Source: Myxococcota bacterium
GTDB lineage: Bacteria; Myxococcota; XYA12-FULL-58-9; JALHOP01
Length of the DNA stretch: 62,111 nt
Assembly (NCBI GenBank): GCA_041288095.1
Contig: JBGGMJ010000090.1
Span: 1 to 62,111, forward strand
Direction: 5' to 3'
Positions 48,710 to 58,820 of this stretch are shown piece after piece. The translations under genes and the position numbers were made by a program. Positions within the stretch are counted from its first letter, which is position 1. Every line of letters starts with the position of its first letter. The notes under the pieces are model-generated. The model did no database searches. It saw nothing but the letters and a program-made list of their open reading frames with translations, and had not been told where the DNA came from.

Positions 48710-49363
48710 ATGAGTCGCGAGCGCGTCGAGAAGCTTCGCGCCGTCATCACCCGCCGCCAGCCCGACCTGACGGTGGTCATGGAGAACGTCCACAAGCCGC
48801 ATAACTTCTCGGCGGTGGTGCGCACCTGTGACGCGGTCGGCATTCTCGATGCGCACGCCGTCGTTCCGCCGGGGCACGTCGCACCCAATGCGGCGGTCGC
48901 CCAGAGCGCCCAAAAGTGGGTTCGCGTTCGCACGCACGCGGCGGTGGCCGACGCCGTGGCGGCCGTGCGCCAAAGCGGACACAAAGTCGTCGCCGCGCAC
49001 CTATCCGAGCGCGCCGTCGATTTTCGTGCCTTCGACTATACACAGCCCACCGCGCTCTTGCTGGGCCAGGAGCTTGGCGGCGTGACCGAGGAAGCGCTGG
49101 CTCTCGTCGACGCCGAGGTGGTCATCCCAATGGCGGGCCTCGTCGCGTCGCTCAACGTCTCCGTGGCCGCCGCCGTGATCCTCTACGAAGCCCAGCGCCA
49201 GCGCGAGGCCAAAGGGCTGTACGCGAAGCCACGCTTGAGCGACGTCGAAGCGCAGCGACTCTTGTTCGAGTATCTGCACCCCGACATGGCGGAGCACTAC
49301 GCCAAGCGCGGCGAGCCCTACCCCGCCTTCGACGACGACGGTCACATCGTCTTCAAGAAGTAG
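48710..49363 (+). CDS. trmH: tRNA (Gm18) 2'-O-methyltransferase
   Basis: 'RRQPDLTVVMENVHKPHNFSAVVRTCDAVG', 'SLNVSVA..ILYEAQRQR'. Confidence 0.93.
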   Translation: MSRERVEKLRAVITRRQPDLTVVMENVHKPHNFSAVVRTCDAVGILDAHAVVPPGHVAPNAAVAQSAQKWVRVRTHAAVADAVAAVRQSGHKVVAAHLSERAVDFRAFDYTQPTALLLGQELGGVTEEALALVDAEVVIPMAGLVASLNVSVAAAVILYEAQRQREAKGLYAKPRLSDVEAQRLLFEYLHPDMAEHYAKRGEPYPAFDDDGHIVFKK

Positions 49364-52300
49364 CTACTGCACGGTGATGAAGTCGTAGGCCGCGGCCCAC
49401 CACTGGTCGTTACCGACGATGAGCGCGATGTCGGCTTGCCCAGCGATGGCGCCGACCATCCAGCTCACGCCGACGGTATGTGCCACGGGGTCGAAGCCCG
49501 TCACCTCGCAGGTGCCGCTGGTCACGACGCACTGTGCGCGCTCGCCGCGGTTGCTATCGAGGTCGGTGAACGTCGCGGTGTAGGTCACGGTCGTGCCGAG
49601 GCCAGCGATCGTCCTTAGGTCGTCGAAGCGCACCGCATCGCGGGCCATCGGGAAGACGCGCAAGCCCGTCGTGGTCCCGAACCAGAGCATGCCGCTCGCT
49701 TCCACGAGCGTGGTGGGAATCAGCGGCACGTCGAAGGAGGCGACCTGCGCCGGCGCGGTGGGGAAAGACACGTCGACGAGGATACCGTGGTAGGCCCAGT
49801 TGCCCTCCATGTAGGCGAGCTCGAGGGCCGCGACCAGGTTGCCGACACGCGCGACGTTTTGGATCGCCCCTTGGTGGCGCCCGAGGTGGCCGGGTGACGA
49901 CGGCGTCTGCAGATCCCAGAGATCGATGCCGAAGCCACTGCCGAGAGTGAGCGCCGTCCCGTCGAGGTCCATATCGAGGGGGGTCGAGTTGCTGTTGTTC
50001 ACGGTACCCACACGGCTCGGCGCGCCGGCGTTCGTCATGTCGACGACCTCGGCGCCGCCGGGCGCGCGCACCACGAAGAGGTTCTCGGAAGCACGCATCA
50101 ACGTCACCGAGGTCACGTCGCTGTCATACTCTCCGACCTTCGACGGCGAGGCGGGGTTTGAGACATCGACGACGTCGACGATGCCGCCGCGGGCGACCAG
50201 GAGGCGGGAACCGGTGGCGGCGATCGCGGTGATGCCGGTCGCCTGATACGCGCCAACGGGGTTGGGTGTCGCTGGAGCGGACACGTCGACCACGACGACA
50301 CGCTCGGGGGCAGGCGTCGCGACCACCGCGAAGACGAGCTGCCCGGCGCTCGCGAGCTTCACGGCTCCGTAGGCGAGGCTCACGCTGCCGAGCGGAGCGG
50401 CTTGCGGCTGGTCGGCATCGTAGAGCTGCAGCGCCGTGGACGTGCGCACGGCGACGAGCGCGCCATCGGCCGCGGCGATGGTGTCCACGACCGTCAGCGC
50501 ATGCGTGCCACGCAGGTCGAGGCCGATGTCACTCGGGACATCGTAGAGCAGCACGTCGTCGCCGAAGAGCACGGCCGCGCGATTGCCCGAGCCCGCCACC
50601 GACGTCGGGTCATCGGTGAGACCGCGCTTGTAGACGAGCTCGGCGCGGTTGCCGGTGATCGCGGCCGCGGCGAAGCCACCGTCCGCCGCGCCGGAGTCGT
50701 CGATGGCGATGTAAATACGCGTCGCGTCCATGTCGACATCGAGTGCGTCTTCGCCGTTTGCGAGGCTGCCAACGTTGGTCGACGTCGGCGCGCCGGCGCC
50801 GGAGAGGTCATAGAGCCGCGGAGACGATTCGAGCACGACCGCGAGGGTGCCGTGGCAGTCGGCGGCGTCGGGCGAGCTGCCGAGGCTCGCGGCGCTGGTG
50901 AGCGCGTCGGTGCGCACCGGACCGACCGAGTTGTAGGTCTCGACGAGCGCGAGGCTCTCGTTGCAGGCGTACGTCCGCAGGGCGGACGAGTAAGGAAGGA
51001 GCTTCAACGGGCGCGGTGACGCGAACGTCGCCAGGTCGAAGATGGCGACACCGTCTTCCGGCTCGTCATACGTCACGAAGAGGCGATTCCCCTTGAGGCT
51101 CGCGCTGATCATCCCAGGAATGGTCGGCAGCGTGTGCGTGACGCTCGGACTCGCGGGGGTCTCGACGTTCACCACGTCGATGAGGTTGACCCCCACCACG
51201 GCGGCAACCCGGTTGCCCCCGGCGCGCGCGAGCCATGGTTGCGACGAGAAGTCGATCGTGCCGACGGTTTGGACGTCGCTGGGGTCGGCGATATCGAGCA
51301 ACGCACCGCTCTCCATCAGCACGTAGCCTCCGACGCGCTGAGCGACGTCGCTCGATTCGAGGGCGTCGCCGATGGGCACCGGCGCCGCCGGGTTCGTAAC
51401 GTCGATGATCAAGGAGCTGCCACTGTTGGCGATCACCGCGAGTGTGCCGATGACCGTGACGTCCGAGGTGGTCGCACCGGGATCGTAGCTGCCAACGACG
51501 CTCGGGGAGTTGCCGTTGCTCGCGTCGACGATGGCCAAGCCGTCGCTGCCGTTGGCGACATAGACCGTCGTACCGACGACCTCCATCCCCCTTGGGTCGC
51601 CGAGCGTCGTCGAGCCCATCTGCACCGGCGCCGCCGGATTGGTGACGTCCACGACCCGCAGCCCGCCGGTAAGACTGGTGATGTAGGCGCGCGTGCCGGA
51701 AACACGGATGAGCCTGTCGAAGCTGCCCCCGACTTGCGGGCCGTAAAGGCGGACAGGGTTCATGCGATCGGTGACGTCGAAGATCTGAAAGCCGCCCGCG
51801 GTGCCAACCGTATACAGGCGATTGCCCACGAGGTGCATGCCCGAGGCGCCGCCCTCGAGCGAGAACACTTTCTGCCGGGCCGGTGACGACGCTGTATCGA
51901 CAGCGATGAGGGCGCGCCGGTTTGCCACGTAGGTGACGCCGTCATCCACGGCGAGGTCCTCGACGTAACCGCCGTCGATGGTCCCAGCCAGCACCGGCGC
52001 GTCGGCGTTGGCGACGTCGATGAGGTGAACGGCCGCGGCGCCGCTGGATCCCGCGGCGATGCCCACGAGGCGGCCGCTATCGACCGCGATAGAGGACATG
52101 GGAAGATCGAGCGTGCCTCGCGGCACGGGCACACTGGCGTCGGTGACGTCGAAGATGCGCAAGCCGTCCGTGCCGTCGGCGACGTAGAGCGTGTTGCCTT
52201 CCATCGCGATGGCGAGCGGCTCGGTGAAGCCGGTGATGGTGCCGCCGCCGGTGAACGTCGAGCCCCCTCCCACGGGCGGTCGTTCACCGCCATCGTGCTG

Positions 52301-52693
52301 GACAACCGAGACGCTGACCGTATCCGCGTTCGAGGACAGCTCCCCGTCGTCGACGACCAGGCTGAAGACCACGGTGCCTTGGGCCGGCGCCATGAAGGTT
52401 GGCGCGGCACTTCCGGCGTTGGTGATCTCGACCGGCGTCCCCGAGATCTGCTGCCAAGCGTAATTGAGGCTCGCGCCTTCCGGATCCGACGACCCTGTCC
52501 CGTTCAGCAGCACCAGGCTGTTCGGCGCTACTTCTTGGTCAGCCCCGGCGTCGGCGACGGGACTACCCGGCAGCACATCGAAGTCGCCGTCATCGTCGTC
52601 GTCGTGATCATCGAGTCTCTGGCCCTTCTTGCCGCTACATGCAGCGCCCACCAACACCACACATGCAACCACAGAGAGGGTTCTGGTCACCAT
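49364..52693 (-). CDS. Large lipoprotein with PKD-like Ig domain and LVIVD repeats
   Basis: Lipobox AAC; 'ADAGADQ...SSDPEG..L.Y.WQQ'; many 'YVA....GL.I.DV..P..P' repeats. Confidence 0.88.
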   Translation of the reverse strand: MVTRTLSVVACVVLVGAACSGKKGQRLDDHDDDDDGDFDVLPGSPVADAGADQEVAPNSLVLLNGTGSSDPEGASLNYAWQQISGTPVEITNAGSAAPTFMAPAQGTVVFSLVVDDGELSSNADTVSVSVVQHDGGERPPVGGGSTFTGGGTITGFTEPLAIAMEGNTLYVADGTDGLRIFDVTDASVPVPRGTLDLPMSSIAVDSGRLVGIAAGSSGAAAVHLIDVANADAPVLAGTIDGGYVEDLAVDDGVTYVANRRALIAVDTASSPARQKVFSLEGGASGMHLVGNRLYTVGTAGGFQIFDVTDRMNPVRLYGPQVGGSFDRLIRVSGTRAYITSLTGGLRVVDVTNPAAPVQMGSTTLGDPRGMEVVGTTVYVANGSDGLAIVDASNGNSPSVVGSYDPGATTSDVTVIGTLAVIANSGSSLIIDVTNPAAPVPIGDALESSDVAQRVGGYVLMESGALLDIADPSDVQTVGTIDFSSQPWLARAGGNRVAAVVGVNLIDVVNVETPASPSVTHTLPTIPGMISASLKGNRLFVTYDEPEDGVAIFDLATFASPRPLKLLPYSSALRTYACNESLALVETYNSVGPVRTDALTSAASLGSSPDAADCHGTLAVVLESSPRLYDLSGAGAPTSTNVGSLANGEDALDVDMDATRIYIAIDDSGAADGGFAAAAITGNRAELVYKRGLTDDPTSVAGSGNRAAVLFGDDVLLYDVPSDIGLDLRGTHALTVVDTIAAADGALVAVRTSTALQLYDADQPQAAPLGSVSLAYGAVKLASAGQLVFAVVATPAPERVVVVDVSAPATPNPVGAYQATGITAIAATGSRLLVARGGIVDVVDVSNPASPSKVGEYDSDVTSVTLMRASENLFVVRAPGGAEVVDMTNAGAPSRVGTVNNSNSTPLDMDLDGTALTLGSGFGIDLWDLQTPSSPGHLGRHQGAIQNVARVGNLVAALELAYMEGNWAYHGILVDVSFPTAPAQVASFDVPLIPTTLVEASGMLWFGTTTGLRVFPMARDAVRFDDLRTIAGLGTTVTYTATFTDLDSNRGERAQCVVTSGTCEVTGFDPVAHTVGVSWMVGAIAGQADIALIVGNDQWWAAAYDFITVQ

Positions 52694-52832
52694 GGGCCCT
52701 TCGACGGAATTCCCGACACGGCTATTTCACCCGACTGCGCGCTCATGGCGCAGCCGCCGCCGTTACCGCGTCAGGTCGTCCGATGATTGGCGTGCGCCGA
52801 TTGTCCGGCGCCGCCAAACTTCGGAGTCCGTG

Positions 52833-53027
52833 ATGACCATCGAGCAAACCCAAGGTTTCGTGCAAGTCGCGTCGATCGAGTCCGCTTTGCAGGACACCAT
52901 GAACGCCGCGTCCGAGGCCTTCAAGACGCGCGACATGCCGCGCATCCTGAGCACGCCCGTGCAACCCGCCGAGGCCGAGAAGGCCCGCCGGCAAATCCGC
53001 AAGCCGACGAGCCCGCGTCAGGGTTAG
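52833..53027 (+). CDS. Small hypothetical protein (64 aa)
   Basis: GGAG RBS, ATG, GC3-rich codons: MTIEQTQGFVQVASIESALQDTMN... Confidence 0.45.
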   Translation: MTIEQTQGFVQVASIESALQDTMNAASEAFKTRDMPRILSTPVQPAEAEKARRQIRKPTSPRQG

Positions 53028-54202
53028 ACCCTGCCGGTCGCCTGTTGCTCGCGCTCGATGCTCTCGAACAAGGCGCGGAAGTTACCCCCGCCGAAGCCTT
53101 GGTCACCCTTGCGCTGGATGATCTCGTAGAAGAACGGGCCGGCCTCCGCCTCTTTGTAGAGAGCCGCCGACTCCTTCAAGAAGATCTGCAGCATGTAGCG
53201 GTTCTTGCCTTCGCCATCGACGAGGATCTCGAGGTCGCGCAAGACCTTGATGTCTTCGTCGATCTTCTCGATGCCGAGCTTGACGATGCGCTCGGGCAAC
53301 ATGTCGTAGTAGCTGCCCGGAGTCGGCATGAAGCTCACTCCGTTTTGGCGGAGCCCACGCACCGTGTCGATGATGTTCGGCACGACGAGCGCCGCGTGCT
53401 GGATGCCGTCGCCGCGAAGGTCTTCGTGGAAGACGTAGATCTGTGACGACTTGAAGAACGGCCGGGCCGGCTCGTTGTTCGCGAACTTCACACCCGACTC
53501 TTTGTCGTACATGACCTCGGACTTGAGGCCCGAGCCGTGGGTCGCCATCGCGCCCGTGGCGCCCTGCTTCTCGCCCTGCACGTCCGTGGTGTGGAACTCG
53601 ATGTGCCAGAACTTCTCGAGGCCGAGGACGTGCTCCATCCACAGGAGCGCCGGCGACATGGTCTGGAAGTTCGACGTGATGTGGTCGATGTGCGTGAAGC
53701 CGAACTTGTTCTTGCCGCCCAACGGCTTCGGGTGCGCCTGGAAGCCGGGGAAGAACGGCGTCTTGCCTTTGCGCTCGACGAAGCGAAAGTTGGTGTCGCC
53801 GAATGGCGTGGTGATGGTGAACCACGCCATCGAGCCGTTCGCATCCTGCCAGCGCTGCACGTCTTCCATCGGCGTGCCGCCGCGCTCCTCGATGAGCTTG
53901 AAGGCGCGCTCGGCGTCTTTGACTCCGAAGATGATGGTGCCGACGCCGTCGGGGTGCTTCCTCATGAAGCTGGCGACGCGACCCTTGGCGCCTTCGAGCG
54001 CCTGCGAGCAGAGCACGTGCACGTTGCCCGCGCTGAACAGCGCCGACTTCTGCTTGGTCTTGGCCTCGAGCTCGTCGCTCGAGACGCCCATCTCCGCGAA
54101 GTCCATATTGCCGGTGTAGAACTTGCGGCTGCGCTCGATGTCGCGGACGTAATAGTGCATCGCCTCGAAACCAAGCAGCCCAATCGACTCAAGCTTCGCC
54201 AT
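53024..54202 (-). CDS. hppD: 4-hydroxyphenylpyruvate dioxygenase
   Basis: 'HIDH', 'GIQHAAL', 'FYEIIQR', 'GFGGGNFRALFESIE'. Confidence 0.95.
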   Translation of the reverse strand: MAKLESIGLLGFEAMHYYVRDIERSRKFYTGNMDFAEMGVSSDELEAKTKQKSALFSAGNVHVLCSQALEGAKGRVASFMRKHPDGVGTIIFGVKDAERAFKLIEERGGTPMEDVQRWQDANGSMAWFTITTPFGDTNFRFVERKGKTPFFPGFQAHPKPLGGKNKFGFTHIDHITSNFQTMSPALLWMEHVLGLEKFWHIEFHTTDVQGEKQGATGAMATHGSGLKSEVMYDKESGVKFANNEPARPFFKSSQIYVFHEDLRGDGIQHAALVVPNIIDTVRGLRQNGVSFMPTPGSYYDMLPERIVKLGIEKIDEDIKVLRDLEILVDGEGKNRYMLQIFLKESAALYKEAEAGPFFYEIIQRKGDQGFGGGNFRALFESIEREQQATGRV

Positions 54203-54214
54203 CGTAGACCTCAA

Positions 54215-54850
54215 CTAGGTTTTATTCGCGTCCGGTTGCCGATCCGGATGCGTGCTCGCAAACGCCGGCTCGGCTGCAACCCGGTCAGCGATCTGCACGA
54301 CCAACGGGCATCCCGTCAAATCCACATCGAACCGCCGGGCGGCGTAAATCTGCGGAATCAGACAAACGTCGGCAAGGGTCACCGCGTCACCAATCAAATA
54401 GCGGCCGCCATGCTCCTGCGCGATCGCCTCGAGGGCGGTGAGCCCGCGCCCCACGAAGTGGCGGGTCCAGGCCTTCTCGTCCATGGTGGCGGCCCGCAAA
54501 CGCTCCAGAACCGCCAAGTTGTGCAGCGGCTGCATGCCCGAGTTCATGATCTCGGCGGCCTCGCGGGTGAAGGCACGCAGCTTCAGGTCCTGCGGCATGA
54601 GGGGCGGCTTGGGGTGCTTCTCGTCGAGGTAGCCGATGATGGCGAGCGATTGGCGCAAGAGCGTGCCGTCCTCGAGCTCGAGCGTCGGGACCTGCTCCAT
54701 GGGGTTTTTGCCCTTGTAGGTATCCTTGTGTTGCTCGCCGCCGTCGCGGACCAGGTGGACGGCCACGTATTCGTAGGCGACGGCCTTCAGCGCCAAGGTG
54801 ATGCGGACCCGCCAGCTCGAGGTGCTGCGCCAGTAGTTGTAGAGCTTCAC
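54215..54850 (-). CDS. maiA: Maleylacetoacetate isomerase (GST zeta)
   Basis: 'LYNYWRSTSSWRVRI', 'NPMEQVP', 'QSLAII', 'QPLHNL', 'HPDRQPD'. Confidence 0.93.
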   Translation of the reverse strand: MKLYNYWRSTSSWRVRITLALKAVAYEYVAVHLVRDGGEQHKDTYKGKNPMEQVPTLELEDGTLLRQSLAIIGYLDEKHPKPPLMPQDLKLRAFTREAAEIMNSGMQPLHNLAVLERLRAATMDEKAWTRHFVGRGLTALEAIAQEHGGRYLIGDAVTLADVCLIPQIYAARRFDVDLTGCPLVVQIADRVAAEPAFASTHPDRQPDANKT

Positions 54851-54891
54851 CGGCCGGCGTCTATCACGCCCCCCAGGCACGGTCACCCCAC

Positions 54892-54918
54892 ACAACCTTG
54901 GGCGTTCCGCGCCGATAT
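54892..54918 (+). promoter_or_regulatory. Sigma28-like promoter
   Basis: ACAACCTT-N11-GCCGATAT upstream of the 54951 gene. Confidence 0.55.
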
Positions 54919-54950
54919 CAGACGCTCACACACAATCTGTGGGGATCCCC

Positions 54951-55673
54951 ATGACTAATCCGAGCGTGACCCGCCCGGCAGGCGAGCTTGCGGCCACAAC
55001 CTTCGGCGGAATGTTCGATAGCGAGATCGGCGATCGCGAGCAGTTCGTCGAGGAAGGCGACCTCATTCGCCTCAATACGCCCGAGCAAGAGCAGCTCTTC
55101 CAGCGCTATCAGGGCCTGCTTACGAACCTCCCCGGCGTCGTCGACCGCTCGACGTTCCGCAATCGCGTTGCCTCGATGCTCTACAACCACCAGGGCAGCA
55201 ACCGGGAGCGCCAGCGCGTCTTGAACCTGGCTGGTCGCCTCGACGGCGCCTTCCAGACCACGCTGCTGCCGAGTGGCGTGCAGCTCGGCCAACAGCAGGC
55301 CACCCAGGCACCGACCGGCTTCGACCTGTCGAACGTCAAGGACGCAGCCAGCGGCGCCGAGGTCTTCCGCGCCATCGTCGGGACCCACCTCGCCGATAGC
55401 CCCGGCTTCAACGTCAACGTGGCCGCCGACCACCAGCACGCCCGCTACAACGGTCAGCGCGTCCGGCTCACCGGCCCCGAGACCAACCGCATCAAGTCGC
55501 TCATCGACGAGCTCTTCCGCGCCGTGCCGCCCGACCAGGTGGTGCCGCTCCGCGCCTCCCTCGCCGAGGTCTTGCAGCAGGCACCGAACGATGGCTACGA
55601 GCGCGACGTGAAGTTCGGCATGGAGCTCACGGGCTACCTCGAGCGCAGCTTCCAGCGCCGCCTCGCGGGCTAA
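54951..55673 (+). CDS. Hypothetical orphan protein, no signal peptide
   Basis: ORF MTNPSVTRP... with typical codon usage. Confidence 0.65.
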   Translation: MTNPSVTRPAGELAATTFGGMFDSEIGDREQFVEEGDLIRLNTPEQEQLFQRYQGLLTNLPGVVDRSTFRNRVASMLYNHQGSNRERQRVLNLAGRLDGAFQTTLLPSGVQLGQQQATQAPTGFDLSNVKDAASGAEVFRAIVGTHLADSPGFNVNVAADHQHARYNGQRVRLTGPETNRIKSLIDELFRAVPPDQVVPLRASLAEVLQQAPNDGYERDVKFGMELTGYLERSFQRRLAG

Positions 55674-56644
55674 GCGCTTCTCACCACATCGTCAGGGAGG
55701 GCTTCGTCCTCCCGGCGTTGCGAGAAGTAATCGACCACCCAGGCATGGAGCTCGGGCTTGTCGCTCGCCCACTCCCAGGCGCCGCTATCGCCTACACGCA
55801 GGTCGGTCTTCGGGTCGTAACCCAGCGCCACCAGCTGTTTCGTGCGCTCGACGTAGCGGCGATTCGCGGCGCTACCGTGCCAGAGGTGCAAGAGGTCGCC
55901 GGGCACGAACCCGAGCGCGCCCTTCACGTCCTCGTGGAAGCGGCGGCCCCAGGCGCGGATGTCGGCGGCGTACGGGTTGTTCACGCCGGCGGTCACGCGG
56001 ATGCACTGCGACGTCCAGTCCCCGAGCGCCGCGTGCGCCATGACATGGTCGGCGCTGCCCAAGATCATCGCGTCGTAGAGGCCGTGCTTTGCCAGCAGAT
56101 CGCGGCGCGCGGCCCAGGCAAAGCCGGTGTCACCGTGCTTCCAGAAGTCGCCTTTCGCGTGCGCGGCGCGGTCATCGACGTAACAAGCGGCGAAGCTCCG
56201 GCAGATGACACCCTCTCCGCTGTAGCGTTCTTGCTCGGGCGGCAGGCGATAGGCGGTCTCGAAGGGCTGGACGACAGCGTGGATGTCGAGCGCTCGTGAG
56301 GTGCGCACGGCCCAGCGTGGGTCCGCGAACAAGATGTCGGCGTCGACCCAGGCTACCTTGGTGAAACGCGCCGGCAAGCGCTCGATCACGAGGTTCAGCA
56401 AGCGCTCCTTCTGGAACATGATGGAGCGGCTGCGCACCTGGACGTGCTCTTCGCCCGCCGGCAGCTCGAAGGGTCGATCCGCGAAAGCGCACTCAATGGT
56501 ATAGAGAGGCAGACCGCCGGCGCGGATGGGCACGAGGAAGCGCTCGTAGTTGCGCCACTTGCTCGCGAACCCCGCCGGGTTGAAGAAGCTGGTCACCAGC
56601 GCCAGATCACCGGCCGGCTCGTAGCGCTCAGCGGGCACACTCAT
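55670..56644 (-). CDS. GT-A fold glycosyltransferase-like protein (paralog 1)
   Basis: 'FQKERLLN', DxD 'WVDAD', 'GFAWA', 'HLWHG'. Confidence 0.75.
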   Translation of the reverse strand: MSVPAERYEPAGDLALVTSFFNPAGFASKWRNYERFLVPIRAGGLPLYTIECAFADRPFELPAGEEHVQVRSRSIMFQKERLLNLVIERLPARFTKVAWVDADILFADPRWAVRTSRALDIHAVVQPFETAYRLPPEQERYSGEGVICRSFAACYVDDRAAHAKGDFWKHGDTGFAWAARRDLLAKHGLYDAMILGSADHVMAHAALGDWTSQCIRVTAGVNNPYAADIRAWGRRFHEDVKGALGFVPGDLLHLWHGSAANRRYVERTKQLVALGYDPKTDLRVGDSGAWEWASDKPELHAWVVDYFSQRREDEALPDDVVRSA

Positions 56645-57630
56645 CAGGGCAGCGCCGCCGCGAGCTCGCCCTGCTCTTCGCTGTCGTCCTCGTCACGCTG
56701 CGCGAAGTAGCCGCGGACCCAGGCGTGCAGCTCGGGCTTGTCGCTCGCCCATTCCCAGGCGCCGGACGGGCCGATGCGCACGTCGACCTTCGGATCGTAG
56801 CCGAAACCAATGAGCGTCTGCGCGCACTCGACGTATTTCCGCCGCGTCATGCTGCCGTGCCACAGGTGCATCAGGTAGCCTTCGGTGACAGCGAGCTTGC
56901 TTTGCGCGTCCTCGTAGAAGCGGCGGCACCAGGCACGGATGTCCGAGGCGTAGGGATTGTTGACGCCGGCAAGGCGTCGGAAACAGGCCGAGCTCCAATC
57001 CCCCAGCACCGCATGGGCGATGATGTGATCGGCGCAGCAAGCGACCATGCCGTCGTAGAGGCCGTGCTTGGCGAGCAGCTCCCGTCGCGCCGCCCAGGCA
57101 AAGCCGGTGTGCCCGTGCTTGTCGAAGCTGCCGCTCAAGAACACCTTCGGGTCGTCGCGATAGACCGCGGCGAAGCTGCGCCACCCCATGCCGTCGCCGT
57201 CGTAGTGGCGGCCGCGGGGCGGCAAGCGGAAGCAGGTCTCGAACGGCTGGATGACCTGCGCGGTCTCGAGCGCCCGCGACGACAGCACCGCCCAGTCCGC
57301 TTTATCGAACAATACGTCGCAGTCGAGCCAAGCGACCTTGGTGACGTGCGCCGGCAGCGCCGCGACCGCGAGGTTGAGCAAGCGCTCCTTCTGGAACATC
57401 ACCGAGTTGCCGCGGAGCTGCACCACCCCCGGCCCAGGCGAGAGCTCGAACGGCGTGTCACCGAAGGCGCACTCGACGGTCACGCAGTCGAGTCCGCCTT
57501 GGCGGATGGGCTCCATGAACAGCTCGTAGTTCACCTTCTTGGAGCGAAAGCCGCCCGGATTGAAGTAGCAGGTGACGATGCCGAAGTCGGGCGCGCGTGT
57601 GTAAGCCTTGGCGGGATGGACGATGAGCAT
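56644..57630 (-). CDS. GT-A fold glycosyltransferase-like protein (paralog 2)
   Basis: Colinear with paralog 1: 'FQKERLLN', 'WLDCD', 'GFAWA', 'HLWHG', 'WEWASDKPELHAWV'. Confidence 0.75.
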   Translation of the reverse strand: MLIVHPAKAYTRAPDFGIVTCYFNPGGFRSKKVNYELFMEPIRQGGLDCVTVECAFGDTPFELSPGPGVVQLRGNSVMFQKERLLNLAVAALPAHVTKVAWLDCDVLFDKADWAVLSSRALETAQVIQPFETCFRLPPRGRHYDGDGMGWRSFAAVYRDDPKVFLSGSFDKHGHTGFAWAARRELLAKHGLYDGMVACCADHIIAHAVLGDWSSACFRRLAGVNNPYASDIRAWCRRFYEDAQSKLAVTEGYLMHLWHGSMTRRKYVECAQTLIGFGYDPKVDVRIGPSGAWEWASDKPELHAWVRGYFAQRDEDDSEEQGELAAALP

Positions 57631-57631
57631 G

Positions 57632-58717
57632 TCAGGCGCTCGCGGTTGGCGGTAACGGAGTGGCGCGCACCGTGTCGTGCTTGCCGCACATACGGGCGCA
57701 GAGCGTGAAGTCCTTGCGCTCTTTCGAGCCCGGCACCCAGGTCGCGGGGATCAGGCTCTGGAAGAACGACCCCTCGATGACCTCCCGCAGCGGCCGGCGC
57801 AGAGCGCTCAGAGCCTGCTTGCCCTCGGGCAGGGCCCGCATGAGTGGCCACATCTCGCCGGTCTCGGCGTTCACGCCCGACGAGTAAATGCCGCCGACCC
57901 AGCAGCAGGGAAAAACCAGCCCCTCGGCGCTGGCGTAGATCTTGGCCTCACCCGTCGCCTTGCAGACGACGTCGGTCTCGCCGGCATAGTCGGTGTACTG
58001 GGTGCCCTGCTTCACCATGCTGTCGACGGCGCGCACCGCGGTGTTCTGGTACTCGGGGCCGACCGGCATCTCGAGCTGGTAGGCGATGCTGCCGTCACGG
58101 TCGTACACGGGCTTTTCGTTGACCAGCTTGCCGCGCGACATGAAGCGGTCGGTGCGCTTGGCGGTGAACTTCTGGAAGCCGAGCTTTTGCGAGAGCTCCC
58201 GCGCCGCCTCGACCTGGTGCTCGTTGTGCTTGAAGACGATGAAGTCCCAGTCGGCTTTGCCGCCGGCGCCGATGTACGCTTCGACGGACCGCATGATCAC
58301 GTCCCAATCGGTGTGGCGGCGATAGAGGTGATTGGTGTCCTCGAGGCCGTCGATCGAAAAAGTCGTGACGTCGACGATCTTGGCGAGGCCCTGCCACCAC
58401 TCCGGCTTGCGACCGCTGCCGTTGGTGATGAGGCGCAGGTGGACCTTGGGGTTTACGGCTCGGAAGTAGGCGAACACCTCGCGGGTGTCGCGGGCCACCA
58501 TGGCGTCGCCGTAGTTGCCGCACATGTACATGCGCTTCAAACGGCCGACGAACTCCTCGGGAAACATTGTGCGAATGTCCGTTTCCGAGAGCTCGGTGAG
58601 GGGCAAATTCGGGTTGGTCGCCCCGCCCTGGAGGTTGCGGGCGCACATCGGGCACGCCGAGTTGCAGCGCGAGGTCATCTCGAGGTGGACGACGCGGATG
58701 TCCTCGTAGGCGTACAT
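57632..58717 (-). CDS. Radical SAM enzyme with C-terminal SPASM/twitch-like Cys domain
   Basis: CxxxCxxC 'CNSACPMC'; 'TNG', 'SIDG'; C-terminal 'C...G.VFPCC...CARMC'. Confidence 0.92.
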   Translation of the reverse strand: MYAYEDIRVVHLEMTSRCNSACPMCARNLQGGATNPNLPLTELSETDIRTMFPEEFVGRLKRMYMCGNYGDAMVARDTREVFAYFRAVNPKVHLRLITNGSGRKPEWWQGLAKIVDVTTFSIDGLEDTNHLYRRHTDWDVIMRSVEAYIGAGGKADWDFIVFKHNEHQVEAARELSQKLGFQKFTAKRTDRFMSRGKLVNEKPVYDRDGSIAYQLEMPVGPEYQNTAVRAVDSMVKQGTQYTDYAGETDVVCKATGEAKIYASAEGLVFPCCWVGGIYSSGVNAETGEMWPLMRALPEGKQALSALRRPLREVIEGSFFQSLIPATWVPGSKERKDFTLCARMCGKHDTVRATPLPPTASA

Positions 58718-58820
58718 CGAGCCGCGAACCATACGATCTTGGCTTCCGAGCCGGCAACAGCGCGCTTGGCACACGTTTGTTGCTTGCCAGCGATTTATCG
58801 CAATTGATAACGGTTCTCAC

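Noticed and set aside
53024..54850. hppD-maiA as a novel pathway
   Set aside because: Standard tyrosine catabolism; the missing hmgA/fahA are probably elsewhere in the genome
58767..58785. Sigma54 promoter (TGGCAC...TTGC); similar near 25457 and 61842
   Set aside because: GG-to-GC spacing is 12, 11 and 14 nt respectively, not the strictly required 10
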